A stretch of 64,000 nt of DNA, taken from contig NC_087245.1 in the NCBI RefSeq assembly GCF_037042905.1, forward strand, positions 21,826,001 to 21,890,000. Direction: 5' to 3'. Position 1 is the first letter of the stretch. Each line of letters begins with the position of its first letter. Below the pieces are notes generated by a model. The model made no database searches. It was not told where the DNA came from and was given only the letters and a program-made list of their open reading frames with translations. Below, in pieces: positions 1 through 13,322 of this stretch. Made by a program: the position numbers and the translations under genes. Origin of the DNA: Lytechinus pictus. Taxonomy: Eukaryota.

Positions 1-849
1 AAAAAGACGAAGTCCATCATGATTATGAAATTCCCTCAGAATTTTTTTTATCGGAATTCATAGACACACTACAGAAACTAGTGATTCACCCTTAAAAGGC
101 ACTTCAGACCTTTTATACGTGAGTCCATTAGGAATAACATAAATGTTAAATTTGTGAAAAATATCTATGTTATTAGTTCGGGAGAAGATGAAGAAGAGGA
201 AAGGAAGAAGAAGTGATCAAGTGAGAAAACAAAACTTGGAAATGATATAAATGGTAAATGTAGGGAAAGTACTGATATGAAACCATTTCATTGATGATTT
301 AGGATGATTACCAACACAATACAGAAAGATCCACTACTGGAATGAGGGGGCAATCCATGGACAAAGAACATGAAGAAAATTTATGAAGTATTGGTTTCTT
401 TAGTAGCACACTTTTAACAATTGTTAGCATAATTATCTGAGTTTACTGCGTTTAAAACCCAACGTGTGAAAAAAGGTGAAACACATTCATGAAAGGTAGA
501 AAGGGCTAAATTAATCTTCGTAAGGGACGAAGAGTGATAGCATTTTCAAGAAGGATGGAAAATGCTGTCACTCCTTGGCCCTTTTTCCAACCTTCTCCGT
601 CCTTTCTGTCCTTTGATTTATTTTCCTATTTATTTTTTTAAAGGAAAAAAGAATATGAGAATATAGTCTTGGAAATGAATATTTTTCAGGCAACACCTCA
701 TAGTTTGGGAAAATATGTTGCTGTACATGTTACATTCCTCCTTCTACCATGTCTACCATCTCCCTTTTTATCTTTTGATTAGTGGTTTCTTTTTACAGAC
801 CGTTTCGATACACCACTGACTCTGTCTGCCGCCCTCTTCGTCGATATTC

Positions 850-1212
850 GAAGAAGTGATTCGCGACAGACATGGAAGAAAAATCCTAACAAGCCGGTCT
901 TTTTAAAAGTGATCCGTTGGAGTCTGAGTCATGGGATTAATCCCGGTTTGCATTCATAAACAGCACTATTAGCTAACAAACTGCCGGTTCATGTACCGCA
1001 CAGTGTATTTTTTTTTTTGGACAAGTTCATGTTGTGATGTGGCATGACATTTATTTGCACCTCTGTTGGAAGGTGTTTGTGAAATATATTGTTCTGATTT
1101 ACACGGAAAACGAAGACTCGCCTTTCCACCTTGCTGCAAAACATTCGGAATAAATTTATTTTCTTCAACTTATACCAGTACTTGCGACCTGCAGAGGATA
1201 TTTATTGCACAT
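850..1212 (+). other. Candidate non-coding upstream exon (start approximate)
   Basis: CpG-containing unique sequence with TGAGTCA (AP-1-like) at about 925. Ends at donor CAT|GTAAGT (1213). No ATG-led ORF found reaching the donor in the frames compatible with the 4445 exon. Confidence 0.35.
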
Positions 1213-2759
1213 GTAAGTAAATATTTTCATTGTTTATAAAATGGGATATCGCGGCAAACAATAATTATATACTATCGTTATTTTTGTAAGGAAGTGACCG
1301 CAACAGCTGTCTTTCATAACAATCTTTAATAATGTATGATTGCCAAGATTAATTATTAGCAGACGTTACGCAGTTGTACTGCAAACGATTTTTTTTTCAA
1401 AGTAATTGCTACAAATAGGTCTATTTATAATATTATCGAATTCTACCAACTGGCGCTGTTAGTGTCACCCCACACAAAGTTATCTTTAATTCATTCTATT
1501 AATGGAATTATTGATATCTGTGTATACCCATCCTGTAAGAATATACATATGTTTTATGCAGGCATTTTACTTCAACATGTAAAATATCTTGTGGAAAGCA
1601 CGAAGCCAAACGAAACATGAAATAGGTAGAGATAGAGGGGAAATTAAAAAAACTCCCACATTGGCACGTATATATTCAATTTTGCTGAGAAAATGAAAAT
1701 TAAGTTCCATGCCACAATTTCCCGTGAATTTTCAATAATTGGTTCTTTCCCATGCACCCCAACTTAAAAGTGGGTTGATTCAGTTCTCCTTTTTACAATA
1801 ACACCCTTTTCGTCTCTGTGAATGGATAAACTATAGTAACTTTATCATATCTATAGAGTAAGGTTTACAATTGAAACGATAATTATTTATGGTTGAAATG
1901 AGATATCATCACTTAATCGCGTTTCCATGGAGTTTTGAACATGCGGTGTCTGGTGTCCTCGAAAATTGATAATTTCATAAATTTTGCTGTAAAAAACATA
2001 CTATTTTTAGGAGAGGGGGGGGGGGGGTTCGGAGAGGGTAAAAGAGCTCACACGCATTTACCAGTAACATACGAACTAAAGACAAAAATATTATGAATAA
2101 CGCAATTTATTGTAGCCTTACACAATACATACATGCAGAAAGACAGACAAGTTTTGTGTCTGGGTGTTTTTGTATTTTTGTGTATGGGTGTTGAATACAG
2201 AGAAGGTCCTACAAGAGTTTAAGTTCCCAGGGGGAAACACCCACCGTTATACATATCCCCAGGGAGGAGATTAAATTATAATCAGTCATAAAACAAAATG
2301 AATCATTATTTTTGCGAAGGTGGGCCCGAATGATCACCTTTGTCATGTTTGTTAAGATAATTTGTTTGAGAAAAAATGATAAAGGTAAATAACTCTTGCT
2401 TGTGCTGATTTCATGGAGACTTTCACACTACAAACGAAACAATTTTAATAAAATTCTAGTTGAATCCTTGATCTTAGGGAGCGTGAAAATGACATGAGTT
2501 GGCGGTGACCTCCATTTAACAACCATGCGCGGTGATTTCATTAGGGGGAGGGGGTTGGGAATCGGACAAGACGAGATAACAGATCGTTGGATTACCAACG
2601 AGCCTATATCAGCGACTGAAACATGGAAAACAAAACAATGGGTTCCTAAATTATTTTTTTATAATACTTATCTCAATTTGAAATATAGGCTATTGATAAA
2701 TAATAAGTTATCCGTGTTTCTCCAACAATTAACAAGGGTGACACAGCAACTTTTGTAAC

Positions 2760-2853
2760 GGATACAAATATTTATGTTTATATATGGTATACAATTTGTT
2801 TTTGTTTGATGGAAGTGAAATAAAATAAATTTGAATTTGAATTTGAATTTGAA
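2760..2853 (+). mobile_element. Probable 3' tail of a CR1/L2-type LINE
   Basis: AATAAA followed by (TTTGAA)4 at 2830-2853. No coding remnant recognised; start is approximate. Confidence 0.35.
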
Positions 2854-4444
2854 CTGATGTTCACTAGCAATCCTACTGTAAATGTATGCCCATTATTAGT
2901 GCAAATACTGTTTGCTACAAGTTAGATGAAATAGGCCAATATCAAAAAAATACTCTTTTTGTATTTCATTGTATGAAATATTCTAACTTTTACCACATTG
3001 TCAAGAGAAACAACGAGTTATCCCTCCATAAACATGTGGAATTAGCATTGTTTGATGCTATATGGTTCAGTCAAGTTGGTCCTTATTGTCAAATCTGTAT
3101 AATAACATGGAATATTGTATAATTCAAACAATAGAAAACAAAATAAATTGTGAGTGAGGAACGTCATCGATCGTCTCATTTGCATATCACTGAGTTGTGC
3201 GTGTCGCTGTCTTGTGAAAGTGGGTGAGACTTTGAATGTCGTGGCTTTCTTGTTCTGCATCCGATTTTGATGAGGTTTTCGGCGTTGTGCTGGTTTGATT
3301 TGTCTCTGTTTGTTCAAATCGGCATTTTTCTGGAGTGGACTTGACCTTTAATGAAATGATATGCATGTACTCTGCTTTTTCCCCTTAATTTTACTGATTA
3401 CTCCAATATTTTTTTAATTATCATTATTTTTTAATGTAATCTTTATAGTGAACTTTGATGTTAAGGATTTGTATGTTGATGATTTATTGATAAAAACATA
3501 AATAAAAAAAGATAAAAAAAACTTTGAGCTCAGTCACTTGATATTCAAATCATTTGTTAAGCAAAATATGAAAGACCACTTCCGATTGGTTCCTGATCAG
3601 TGCTTTGAGCGAAATACGCATGTTACACTTACCTTGATTGGCAAATGTGAATCAGCGATTTATGGCAAACCTTTGTGTTTCGGAGCCGTGTGTGTGTGGG
3701 TTTTTTTTTTGGCCGGGGTTCTGATGTTCATGTTATATTGTCTCATAGACCGATACAAGTCAGCCAAATTTGCAATTTTTTTCTACATCTTGATTATTAC
3801 CCATATTTTTTCGAAGTCAATGACTTAGTAGTACTTTAAGAATCAGTCCATAATTTATTGTAGACTACATAACATGCTGACAATTTCCTTGTCGTTCTGT
3901 TACGATTAGACATTTGTTTGTGGGGGGGGGGAATATGTGTTGCGTGATACTTTATATTAGGTCAATGTAGGCCTTTATTTTCACACTTAGGTATTGGTTT
4001 CAATCTTGCATCTCTGAAACTTGACATGCAGGGGGGTCTTCGTCATACATGTCGTAGCCATGTTCTTTTAAGAACAGTTGCTGATTGTGGTCAAATTTCG
4101 TTAAAACAGTTCGTCGCATATTTTAATATTTCGTTCTTTGATGAAAACTAATTGTCTTGATCAATCTCGACCATACATGTATAGTTAAAAACACGTGCAA
4201 AAATAAACAAAAATGAACCTTAACTGAACTGGTCTGTCTTGAGAATGGTGCGACGCACTTCCGATTAGCAAATCCAGGAAACTCAACAGTTCCTCGCTAA
4301 TTGCCAATTTAGTTATAGTGACCCATGGACCATGGTGATACAGTACCTCCGGGTTATAATGGGCTTTGTTTGTAGGACACTAAACTCTGATCCCTTCCAT
4401 CCTACCTCTCCTCAACATACCGAGTTCATCCCCTTTATTAACAG

Positions 4445-4528
4445 ATTGGATATTATTCTTATGCAGAAGTTGTTGCTGTTTCAGGAGAAAGTATTCGCTC
4501 AGCGGCCTTAAAAGGATTGCAGAACAGA
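4445..4528 (+). other. Candidate internal exon, 84 nt (5' UTR or coding)
   Basis: Pyrimidine-rich tract 4385-4440 ending ttaacAG|, donor AGA|GTAAGT at 4529. Open in two frames (WILFLCRSCCCFRRKYSLSGLKRIAEQ or IGYYSYAEVVAVSGESIRSAALKGLQNR). Confidence 0.4.
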
Positions 4529-5128
4529 GTAAGTGAATTGCAAATGCCTGTCAAATGACAAAGAATGTTGGAAGGTCTTTATCGAAAATTGGTGAAGAGG
4601 AACAGCAGTTTTGTCCTAAGTTTCAGAGCTTACGAAAAATCGAGAAAAAAATAATTTCGCCAGAGTAAAGTTCCAATGCGCCTTGATCACGTAATCAATT
4701 TGGATTTGGCGCTTGAGAAATACTCCTTATCATTATTATTAATAGACACAGACTTCTTGGTTGCTCTTTGTCATGACAGGCAATTGACAATACATTTTCT
4801 CTGTTCTTGAATTCTCCATAGTCGCTTTACAATAACTCCCTATAGACCTACAGGTGTAATTTGACAAACCTCTGCCCTGTCAACGTACAATATTCAGCAA
4901 GAATTACAACAACAACAATATGAAAAGCATAGAACGTTGTAGATGATCCAAATGGTTACTGCCATGTAGACAAGCTTTTTAGAAATAAGTGACATCACCG
5001 CGCATCATCTTGGTTAAAATCATTCTACACATAAAAATTGTTTCACATTATTCTTATGCATTAATTCGTATCTTTATTTCGAGTCTTTGAAATGATGTTG
5101 TGAGATGGTGTTCAGCACTATTCTGATA

Positions 5129-6422
5129 CACACTAAGAAATTCGGGCTCAATTTTACACCCTACGGGTGCACAGGCTTGTCCCTATATGAGTACTCCAAG
5201 GGGTGCACACATACACCCTAAATAGGGGTGTACAGTGTGCATCCCTATTGTTGGTGTCTATCTGCACCTTACAGGGTGTACACGTCTACCCCTTAGGGTG
5301 CATAATGTACCCCACATAAAATAACAAAAAGATTGTCGAGACTTCCGGTCCATTCAATTTCTGTATCGATTTTTTAGTTACTTTAGTTGGGACTCTAACT
5401 TACCTCATTTTATCTGTAGTCAAGATTCTTCCCGCTATGCCAACGAGAAGCGCTGAGATTGGATGAAGTCCCTAGCGATATGATCTGATTCTTTTTTGAC
5501 TTGTGCTGATAGTTGTGATTCAAGTAGATCTACTAGTATTTACTGTTTCTCCAAGTGTATACGTAATCAAAAGTGTTTTTGAAACAATTATCACATAAAT
5601 ACCCGGGGGGGCCACTTACATTGACGAGTGGATACCATGCGCGACCAAAAAAACACGTAAAAAGGATGTCTTTTTCAAGATAGGGCACGTTACGTACGTA
5701 ACGTGATAAGGGTGTCAAAAACACAAAAATAATGAAAAAAGGGTATCTATTTCGCTAGGATTGCTACGTGTTTAGGGTCAAATTTGCGGGGATGATAAAA
5801 CAAAATTAAAATGTTTTATAAAGGATGTCCTTTTTGCCCCAACACTACGTGTTTAGAGTCTGATTTGCGCGAGGTGTGGAAGGTGGGACCGTACTAAACC
5901 AAATGGTGTGTAAAGGTAAAACCGACGACGACCGACGGACCCGTGACATAACAATAAAATATCGCTGTACTTGTTTAGGGGTTCATTTCAATTGCCAAGA
6001 GTATCGTTTTGTTTCCAATACTTGTTAAGGGTAGGGTTTCAGACGTCAATACTTGTTAAGGGGTGCATTTTCAGAATATGGAAAATACGTGTTTAGGGTG
6101 CTTTTCGAACCCCCATGGTCGCGCATGGTATCCACTCGTCAATGGAAGTGGCCCCCCCCGGGCATAAATAATAAATATTTAACAAATTATTTCACTTCGG
6201 TAAAGTGTGGCGTTAGTGTATTGTTATTTTGGGTAATCTTCGATCACAAATCAACTTTATCTATACCATACGTCTATCAGCGAGACTGGTGGGGTGCGCG
6301 CAAAGAGTACAGGGTGTACAACAGACACGTACTTTCGCATAAATGTTAACTTGCACCTCGATGGTATTAAGGGCTGTACGCACGTATCGTACACCCCATT
6401 TGCACCGGGATTTCTTAGTGTG
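5129..6422. mobile_element. EnSpm/CACTA-like non-autonomous element (host of a nested insertion)
   Basis: Termini CACACTAAGAAAT...ATTTCTTAGTGTG flanked by TA on both sides. Subterminal repeated TACACCC/GGGTGTA motifs. Confidence 0.7.
5602..6162. mobile_element. Non-autonomous DNA transposon (MITE) with 8-bp TSD
   Basis: About 45-bp near-perfect TIR CCCGGGGGGGCCACTT.CATTGACGAGTGGATACCATGCGCGACCA. Perfect TSD CATAAATA at 5594-5601 and 6163-6170. Confidence 0.9.
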
Positions 6423-7247
6423 TAGGTTATAGATGGATGCATGGACCCCTTTAATATATGTTTCTAACCCAAGTGCAGCTTGATGAAAGTGAAATATATT
6501 TTGAATAAAGAGCAGTATTCTTTTTTTTTTTTGATCGAGGTTTCCATTTTTTTTAATTGAATTTATTTTGAACAAACTACAGTATTCTTTCTATTAAAAA
6601 AAAATGATCGAGGTTTCCAACTTTTGGTGTATGTTTTATGTGATTTTCTCAATGTTGGGAAATGTAACAAGTCCTCTCGAAGGCACAACTCTCTGGAATG
6701 CGCCGTTCTATACCAAACCTTCAATACTTTATCTTTATTACTTGCTCTGACATGTATTCTGAATAATTGTGAAGGTTGATTTGTAACAATTCTAAATCAC
6801 AAACGCATATGTTGAATGAAATGTTGACGAATAGCAAAAAGAATCAGATAAAACTTTAGAATGCTGAAAATCTTTGTCACTGTTTTGTTTTGTCTTGAAT
6901 GCCTTATGGAGGATTTTAGTTTTGATCCTTTCACGTAATCTGTTTTCATTGGTTGATGAGACGTCAGATTAAAAGATAATAAAAGCAGGATTGTTGAAGA
7001 ATATTGAGAAACACAAGAGAAATGACGCGACTGTTTTGAAATCGAGCTTTAAAAACCCGCCTTCGTAAGATTTGACAGAGCTTTCACTGATGGAAAAACT
7101 CGGAATGACTGATAATGAGTATATGAAAATGGATCATCAAATAATGTCTGTGTTGTTAAAGGTACATATTGCAATTATTTTATGATTTAATTTCGTCACC
7201 TCCAATAGATGTATAGTTTATATACCTGTCGTCGTAAATGACATTTC

Positions 7248-7297
<50 letters not shown>

Positions 7298-7312
7298 GAG
7301 TCTATCTATCTA
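7248..7312. repeat. (CTAT)n microsatellite
   Basis: Read directly from the sequence. Confidence 0.95.
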
Positions 7313-7401
7313 TTTATCTTCATTATTAAACTTTTTAACTTTTTCTAATACAATTTGTTTCGATGGAATATAAAATAATGCATATTTTTATTAGTTTATA
7401 T

Positions 7402-7554
7402 CAGGGTTGTAATCATGGCATGACTGAAGTAAAGGTTAACCTACCAGTGAATTGAGCATGTATTCCATGACCCATTCCCATCTATTTGATACGTCTACTT
7501 GAACCATAAAATGACCCGACTCGACCCAAAATTTAGTCACTCGTTATAACCCTG
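7402..7554. mobile_element. hAT-like MITE
   Basis: Termini CAGGGTTGTAA...TTATAACCCTG. 8-bp flanks GTTTATAT / GTTTACAT (7 of 8 match). Confidence 0.65.
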
Positions 7555-10231
7555 GTTTACATGAATAAATTGTATCCGATTAAGAGGAGAAAATTATGAA
7601 CTTCTCGTTTGATCATTATTACTACCAGTATGTAGTGACCATTGTTACACGTACATGTATATAAATACCGCAGCTGAATGAACTCGTGAGTCCTATCATC
7701 ATGATGGTATGACAAGATAGACTCAATTTCTGTCTATGACAATTATTATCTATTCAAGAAAATATCGTACTTAGTCTGAGGTGATTACGACAGAGTGCAT
7801 GATATTGGAAAGGAGTTGAGTCACTTGAGTGACGTGGCTCAAAAAAAAAAATCAATGAACGAGTTCAAGATATTGCATTTCATCGTGCACTTATATACGA
7901 ACACATTCGTTTGGTTTTACTTTGACAAATCCTCAGAAATCTTTACAAAATTTTTCATTAGTATTCTTTCTTCTGACCATACAAGCGGAATTTTAGAAGC
8001 GAAAATCTAGTTCTGCGATTCTCAATTTGGGGATTGTTATGTGACATTCATTATATTTTGATAATCAATATTTACGTAATGGATTACTCCTATGCTTCCT
8101 GAAAAAAGGGTTATTAGGCTAAATTTTTAGATCCATAGCAGATAAATTTCATCTACTTCGGAGATCTCTTAAATACTTAAGAACACTTTACACGTGGTAA
8201 ATCTACCAGAGATTTAGACATTATAGTGTAAGTTTTGAGGGGTAAGAAAGTAAGATAGCTAAAGTTGTATGGTCATCGGTATGTGGAGTCACGGTTCTGC
8301 ATTAACACATTTCAGAATCCAGCAACATGCGAAGCTCTTGAAATTCCCAAGCAAATTGCTGAAATTGTTAAAGGGATAGTTGTACTCTGAGGTCAATGAT
8401 TTGAACAAACAGTGAAAATATCATCAATATGGAATTAAAAAAATAATAATTGCATTTTGATCGATTTTGTTCCGATTAACTGATAACATATATATTATAA
8501 AAATTAGTGAGCTGTTGATATTATAAATCCTTTTTTTCATGTGTATGTCATTGTCTGAAAATCTGAAATAATTCATTTTGATCAAAACATTATTGAAGAC
8601 GAAAAGTGTCGCGATAACACAGAACATGTTGACTTTTGACATTATCACTATGGATACATTCAAACATGTTTTTCAACGTGCATGAACCTTGAAAAAACAA
8701 TGCAAACTTCAGAGTACCCCTGTGAACAATTAATAGGGCACTATGTGTTTTTTAAGGATGGGGGGCAAATGGAGGAGGGAGGTATATTTCCCAATGCACC
8801 TAATATTGAAACTTTTTTTTTGTCTCATGAAGGGAGCTTAGCAACGGGGAGAGAACATAATCGAATTTCAATTAGTCACGGTAGTATTTCATAGTGGAGT
8901 TTTACTTTTACGAGGAATAGGATGCTAATGACCGCATTTAGGCATAATATTACTACTTTTTTTCAGTTCTTCCAAATTTCTTTGGGAAGCAACGGGGGAT
9001 TTTTACTGGGTAAAATTTGCCCCCCCCCCCATGCGCCTTCGGTATCATCACTGTTCCCTTCACGTACTGTTATAGACCTGTCGATCACTAACTCTATAGA
9101 TAAAAAATTACTATTGTTATGTTCCACTTAATAAACATGATGCAAATGTAACCCCCACATAGGCCTACCCTTTTTAAATTTAAAATTTTATGCCTAGTAA
9201 ATTGAAAATGAACATGAATTTAAGTTTCCTATCTATTTTTAACAATTCAGTTCATAATAAGCATGATCATTAAAAAAAACATTTAAATATCAGGGCATTA
9301 CACCGATATACCATTACACCGTTATGTGGTTGAGAATTATTATTTTTTATTTCATGAAAAAGGGAGACCAATTAGATGGTCCACGTTATACGATACCTGG
9401 AATTACCGGTAACCACATGTATAATGTAATGTATTGTGGTCTATGTTTTCAGGAATTGTCCATTGAGCATAAGGGTATCCGTGTCTTCTCCCACCCCCCC
9501 CCCTTCACAAACACACGCACCCGACCCCCTCTCTCAATACCCCTCCCCTAGGTGACACTCCCTTCTTATACAACGACATGACGGGTTTGTTGGCAGATAA
9601 AAACAGTTATTGTTCTTCATCAGTGATACACTAGTATTATTTATCAATGCTTGACTGAGGTTTAGTGAAGATTAACTTGGCAGTATATTCATTATTATGC
9701 TGTTTTTAATTGCTATCATTCACAGATATGTTTGCCAATAACTTTAGAGGTAACAGTCAACAAAAAGTCATAGACGCTCTAACATGATGGGGGAGTATAA
9801 TAACTAACAATCAAATCCAGTAGAGGTATGTGTGTGTGTGTGTGTGTTGCCTAAATGTAATACAGTATATAGTTTTTAAAGAACAGAGGGAAAACAAAAT
9901 TCTGTAAATATATGAGTAGCATGAACAAAAAAGAGAGTAATTTTCTTTACATTTTCTCAACTATATTTTGATAACATGATGGATACATTTCTTTTTCACT
10001 TCATACAAACTTGCCCTTTTCGAAGGCAACCGTAAAAGTGGGGACACAATTTATCATTTTAATTATTATTCCAACTCCCAAAAACCTTTTGTCATAATAA
10101 AAAAGATAGAAATTTTGAAAAAGTCTGAAATCAGTTACAACATTAATGATTTTCTTTCTCCCATTCCCTCAACTTGATACCAGCTTTCGTGGATCCAATC
10201 AAATATTAGCCAAGCTGATGAAAGGTTCCTG

Positions 10232-10473
10232 CACTGCAAAAACTCTGGTGTTGATTTAACACCAGCCCGGAATCTATATACGTCCACACCAGAGAAGTGT
10301 TAAACAACACCAGTTTCGTTTTGGTCTAACACTAGATAGGTGTTTAAACAACACCAATTAGTATTAAAACAGTATCGGTTTGATTCCAAACTGGTGTTGT
10401 TTCAATACTTCCCTGGTGTGGACATATATAGATTCCGGGCTGGTGTTAAATCAACACCGGAGTTTTTGCAGCG
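10232..10473. mobile_element. EnSpm/CACTA-like foldback MITE
   Basis: About 85-bp TIRs beginning CACTGCAAAAACTC, internal AACACCAG repeats, 2-bp TSD TG. Confidence 0.85.
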
Positions 10474-10574
10474 TGCAGAAGTTCATGAAAGGCGGCAGGG
10501 AAATAATACCTCCATGGAAGGCTACTATAATCAGTGATAATATTAGAATAATGCCACAATGTGCCCTTCTGCAG

Positions 10575-10862
10575 CACACCTTGATACCAACCGTACAATT
10601 CTTTAAATTCAAGGTTAGATTTGACCCAGGAATCAGTCCATTCCGGGTAAGAAAAAATGACACGGAATAATTATGGTCAGATGTGTCCCATAAACGTGTA
10701 ACCTAGTTATCTGTCCGTTGGGTCCACGCACCGTTCCTGGTCGAAAATGACTCGGAATCAGGTCAGATTCTGTGTTACTCCTTTTTGGGTTTTTACCTGA
10801 GAATGTTGCCACAAATGAAATGATTTTCTGGGCAAATCTGACTCCGAATTTTGAAGAGAATG
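10575..10862. mobile_element. Degraded MITE-like repeat
   Basis: Recurrent TGACTCGGAA/TGACACGGAA/TGACTCCGAA/TTCCGGGT motifs in both orientations. Termini are unclear. Confidence 0.35.
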
Positions 10863-11269
10863 ATACCCAACAATATTTCCGCAGGTCTCAATTCCTCTTA
10901 TCAGTAAGATCAAACACATAATATACTGTCGTTATACATTTAGTAAAAAGAAACATTTTGTTTTTAAAAAAATAAAAAAAACTATTTTCAATCATATCAG
11001 AATAAGCCAAGATAAAAAGCAAAAAAAAAATGCTACCGTTTATAGGTGTTTGAGGATAGTTTGATATTTTTACTCGCTTGGGCATCTGTAAATAGGTCAA
11101 TGTTTGAAAATGATGGGCATAACCATAACACGTGTATATGTAGGCACTTGCAAGAAAGTGATCAATTTCGCCACTTTTTCTCGAGCGGATTATAATAAGA
11201 AGGGCGATTTTAAGAGGTTGAGGACAAGGACTCTAAAATAAGATATAGAGTGAGAGAAGGGAGTCAGAA

Positions 11270-11513
11270 GATGTGGAGAAAAAATGATAACGAAGTAATA
11301 AAGAAAAGGGAGGGGATAGAAGAAGAAAAATAGGAGAAGAAGAAAAACAAAAAGGTGAAGGAAAAGAAGACGAAGAAGAAGAAGAAAAGAAGGAAGAAGG
11401 ATGAGGATGAGAAAAAGAAGAAGAAGATTGAAGAAGAAGAAGAAGAAGAAAAGAAGGAAGAAGGATGAGGATGAGAAAAAGAAGATTGAAGAAGAAGAAG
11501 AAAAAAAAAAGAA
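11270..11513. repeat. Degenerate (GAA)n purine tract
   Basis: Read directly from the sequence. Confidence 0.9.
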
Positions 11514-11938
11514 GCCTGACCAAAAAGTTAAGAAATGGCTATTTGATTGCGTTAAAATGATTCATATTACTAGTGTGTGAATACACGTACTTTTGTTAGA
11601 GCGTTTATGAACCTTATAATTAAAAAATTTCAGTGATTCACATTATCACTCATCAATTGATAACACTCCGGGATTTCCAGAAAGAAAACACTTACTTATC
11701 ACTTAAAATTCTGGCAACGACAGATCCATTATGAAGGCCATCCATTCCAAAAGACAAATGTTCTGAAACTGTTATCAATTAGAAGTTGTAACTCTTGTCC
11801 TTTTGGCACTTCTTCAACAAACTGAAAGGTCAGTAAGTCAATTATAAGACAAGCAATTATTTGCAAAGCATGGTAACATGAAACACGTGTGCTCAATTTA
11901 AAGACAGCCAAAACAGTGGAGGGGTCACCTGAGGGAAA

Positions 11939-12172
11939 GAGAAGAAGAAGAAGAAGAAGGAGGAAGAGGAGGAGAAGGAGAAGGAGAAGAAGAAGAAGAA
12001 GAAGAAGAAGAAGAAGAAGAAGAAGAAGAAGAAGAAGAAGAAGAAGAAGAAGAAGAGGAATGAGAAGGAGAAGAAGAAGAAGAAGAAGAAGGAGAAGAAG
12101 AAGAAGGAGAAGAAGAAGAAGAAGAAGAAGAAGAAGAAGAAGGAGGAGGAGAAGAAGAAGAAGAAGAAGAAA
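11939..12172. repeat. (GAA/GGA)n microsatellite
   Basis: Read directly. Almost pure purine strand (a single T at 12061). Confidence 0.95.
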
Positions 12173-12837
12173 ATTATTGGTGTTACTTAATCATTTACTT
12201 ATCCATATATTTTGACTTTTCATTTATTCTTCTTTTACTATATCAGTTCATCTATATACTCACATTCATCCATCCAGCTTAATCAAGTTATATACATTTT
12301 CTATAAATCACTCCTCTTCTTGTATTTAATATAAATTAATCCATATCATCGGTTCTTAAATATTTCTTTTCCTTTTTTTTAACAGCCAGTTGGCGCAATT
12401 TCAATTTTTTGCATAAACCTCCCATACATGTACTATAAAAAACTAGAAAACTAGAATAAACATGCTTTGTCTTATCAAATAACACTATCCTATACTGAAA
12501 TATATATCTACACCAATACTTCAATCGATTAAATAGACTTTGTGAAGAATAGTGGCAATCATTAATGATATTTATTCATTTATGTATTTATTTACTTATG
12601 TATTTGTTTATTTATTCATTTATTCATTATTTATTTATCCACTCATTTACTTAGTTATTTTGTTATCTAACTATTTTATAAGGGGGATTTAGATTGTGTA
12701 ATAGTACTTTTAACAAAGGATCTGGTGATGGGGGGCGTAACGCATTAGACCAACGATTGATTGTGTAGCCGATTTATCCGATTAATTGCATATAATGATC
12801 AATTCACGTAAACTCAGTCCTGCGATCGATCACTTGG

Positions 12838-13322
12838 TTCCCTAGTCAAATTATTTGTATCATTTTTTTTTAATAACATCCGGTCACTTATATACCAAGG
12901 ATTTATGTTTTAGGTCATTGAACTGCTAATGGTGAAGGGGCGGTGTCGCTATAGTCTTACTGTTAATTAGTGAAGTGATAATGAATTCAAGCCTTGGACA
13001 TAATTTCTAGTTTCTACGTCCATTACATTTATCGCTCTATCGATCAATAACCAATGAAAAAAGTATTTAATGCTCTTTTTATCTTGCATTAAAATAAATG
13101 AAAATGCTATACGCATAAAGTGAACTATAGGTGTGCACTTGTTAAAAAAATAAAAAAATGTAAATTTCCTGGTCAAATTATTTTTCATTATTTTTTTAAA
13201 CAATATCCGGTCACTTATAAACCAAAGATTTATGTTTGAAGTTATTGCACCGCTAATGCTGAAGGGGCAGTGTCGTGTCGCTGGTATTACTGTTAATTAG
13301 TGAAATGATAATGAATTCAAGC
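12838..13322. repeat. Diverged direct duplication of about 155 bp (12838-12992 / 13166-13322)
   Basis: Shared ATCCGGTCACTTATA, GATTTATGTTT, TTACTGTTAATTAGTGAA and GATAATGAATTCAAGC blocks. Confidence 0.9.

Noticed and set aside
1203..1212. TATTGCAC, the miR-92 seed
   Set aside because: The rest of the miR-92 sequence and a hairpin are absent, and it coincides with a splice donor.
11889..12215. Poly-Arg ORF resembling a protamine
   Set aside because: It is the translation of a (GAA/GGA)n microsatellite.
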